Positions 62,951 to 64,000 of a stretch of DNA of 64,000 nt are shown piece by piece. Source of the DNA: a virus; IMG/VR virus record IMGVR_UViG_3300042197_001007; one strand, given 5' to 3'. The notes under the pieces are model-generated. The model saw only the letters and a list, made by a program, of their open reading frames with translations, had not been told where the DNA came from and did no database searches. The first letter of the stretch is position 1, and each line of letters opens with the position of its first letter. The translations under genes were made by a program, and so were the position numbers.

Positions 62951-63101
62951 CGTTTGTGGAATATTGTTCCAAATATGTTTTGAGTTTCCCTACAAGTTCA
63001 TTGTATTCATCCCAAATATACTCAGATCCTGTACTATCTTTATAAAGTTCGCAGGCAAGAATAAGCCTCACTACATCTTCTTCTTTCAGTCTCATTTTCA
63101 T
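62943..63101 (-). CDS. 52-aa hypothetical protein
   Basis: Hand translation MKMRLKEEDVVRLILACELYKDSTGSEYIWDEY... Confidence 0.65.
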   Translation of the reverse strand: MKMRLKEEDVVRLILACELYKDSTGSEYIWDEYNELVGKLKTYLEQYSTNDE

Positions 63102-63155
63102 TTGAGAGATCTCAAAACTAATTATAATAATTTAAATTTTATCGGCGGGTGTTTG

Positions 63156-63587
63156 TCAGCAATTCCACGCACGAAGCGATTTGTTGATCCTGCTATCTGG
63201 ATCTCTGGCAGTTTTCTTACTGGTGAGCTTTGATTTCATGCCCTTCATTCTGGCACAAAATGACGCCCTGCGGGGATTTCCAACTTTCTTTGAAGGTGCC
63301 TTAAGGTCGCTTCCAGGATTAGCTCTTTCATATGACTTTCTACCTTTCTCGTTGAGACCACCATTCTTGTTTTGACCCTCCTTTCGTGTCCAAGCAGCTT
63401 CGTCTAATTCTACCTCTTCTTTCTTGACTGACTTGATGGGAACAGCAAAACGATCCCATGCTTTCTCTCCATAGGAACATTCACTTCTGGTCTCTGGTTT
63501 TTGACAGAGCTTACAGAAACGCTTTTCTTCTTGCTCTTTTTTCTTTGCTTCTTCAGCAAGATGTTTGATTTCTTTAAAGTTTTTCAT
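63156..63587 (-). CDS. basic conserved phage protein (DUF6321-like)
   Basis: AAWTRKEG....GGLN.KGR....RRASFCARM.G....SRINKSLRAWNC. Confidence 0.75.
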   Translation of the reverse strand: MKNFKEIKHLAEEAKKKEQEEKRFCKLCQKPETRSECSYGEKAWDRFAVPIKSVKKEEVELDEAAWTRKEGQNKNGGLNEKGRKSYERANPGSDLKAPSKKVGNPRRASFCARMKGMKSKLTSKKTARDPDSRINKSLRAWNC

Positions 63588-64000
63588 TAGTAAATCTCCC
63601 TCCATTGGATAGTAGCGGCAGCATTAGCAGTAGCATTACTAGCAGTACTAATAGTTTTTACAGCAATAACAAACACTTCGGAATTTGTCGAGTCTAAATT
63701 CTGAACGATAATATTTTTCTTCGCCGTCGTTAGACCACCAGATGCCACTGGAGTTAGTGAGTTTGGTGATGCTCCAGCAGTTACGATGCCAGCAGCAAAT
63801 ACATCAACACTTCCAGTAATTGCTTCAGCATTTACACAATATTGAACACCACTATCATCATCAGCATCGGTCCAAGTCAAAGTGCCACCATTTAAAGATG
63901 TAGTTAATTGACTGGCATTTGATAGTTTGATTAACTCATAATAGCAATCACCAGATTGAGCAAAAATACCAATCGTGTTTGGTCTTACACTAATTCTATT
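63587..64000 (-). CDS. C-terminal part of a structural protein, truncated by the window edge
   Basis: Frame open to position 64000; ends EVFVIAV...IQWREIY, resembling the C-terminus of the 1100-aa protein. Confidence 0.7.
   Translation of the reverse strand, partial: NRISVRPNTIGIFAQSGDCYYELIKLSNASQLTTSLNGGTLTWTDADDDSGVQYCVNAEAITGSVDVFAAGIVTAGASPNSLTPVASGGLTTAKKNIIVQNLDSTNSEVFVIAVKTISTASNATANAAATIQWREIY

Noticed and set aside
1-64000. Reverse transcriptase, DGR, integrase or transposase systems
   Set aside because: No YxDD-type RT, template/variable repeat pair, tyrosine/serine recombinase or IS motifs were seen.

Overview
64-kb segment of a T4-like cyanomyovirus (Kyanoviridae-type). The large tRNA set and the SLH outer-membrane protein suggest a freshwater Synechococcus/Cyanobium phage (inference). 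Nearly all genes are on the minus strand. Reading right to left: terminase gp17, tail sheath/tube, portal, prohead and capsid genes (gp18-gp23), gp3, uvsY, uvsW, gp55, gp47/46, a CobT/CobS-like pair, gp45, speD, gp44, dam, gp62, regA, hsp20, gp43, uvsX, a 2OG-Fe(II) oxygenase, gp41, mazG, a nuclease/ligase-like/cytidyltransferase block, structural hypotheticals, primase, nrdA/nrdB, a lysis region, 21 tRNA genes with interspersed structured RNAs, an SLH outer-membrane protein, three large fibre/structural genes and two hli genes. Best finding: a complete -1 programmed ribosomal frameshift signal (SD-like GGAAGG, A-AAA-AAG slippery site, 6-nt spacer, perfect 14-bp stem). It would fuse a C39-type peptidase to a GH24 lysozyme that has no start codon of its own upstream of its catalytic residues. 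Other highlights: an rRNA-operon-type boxB/boxA antitermination leader on the tRNA operon, an unexplained 82-nt pseudoknotted RNA between two tRNAs, tandem covarying pseudoknots after a 69-aa ORF, several non-canonical tRNAs, and SD-sequestering hairpins paired with late promoters. All calls were made by eye; no database searches or folding programs were run.
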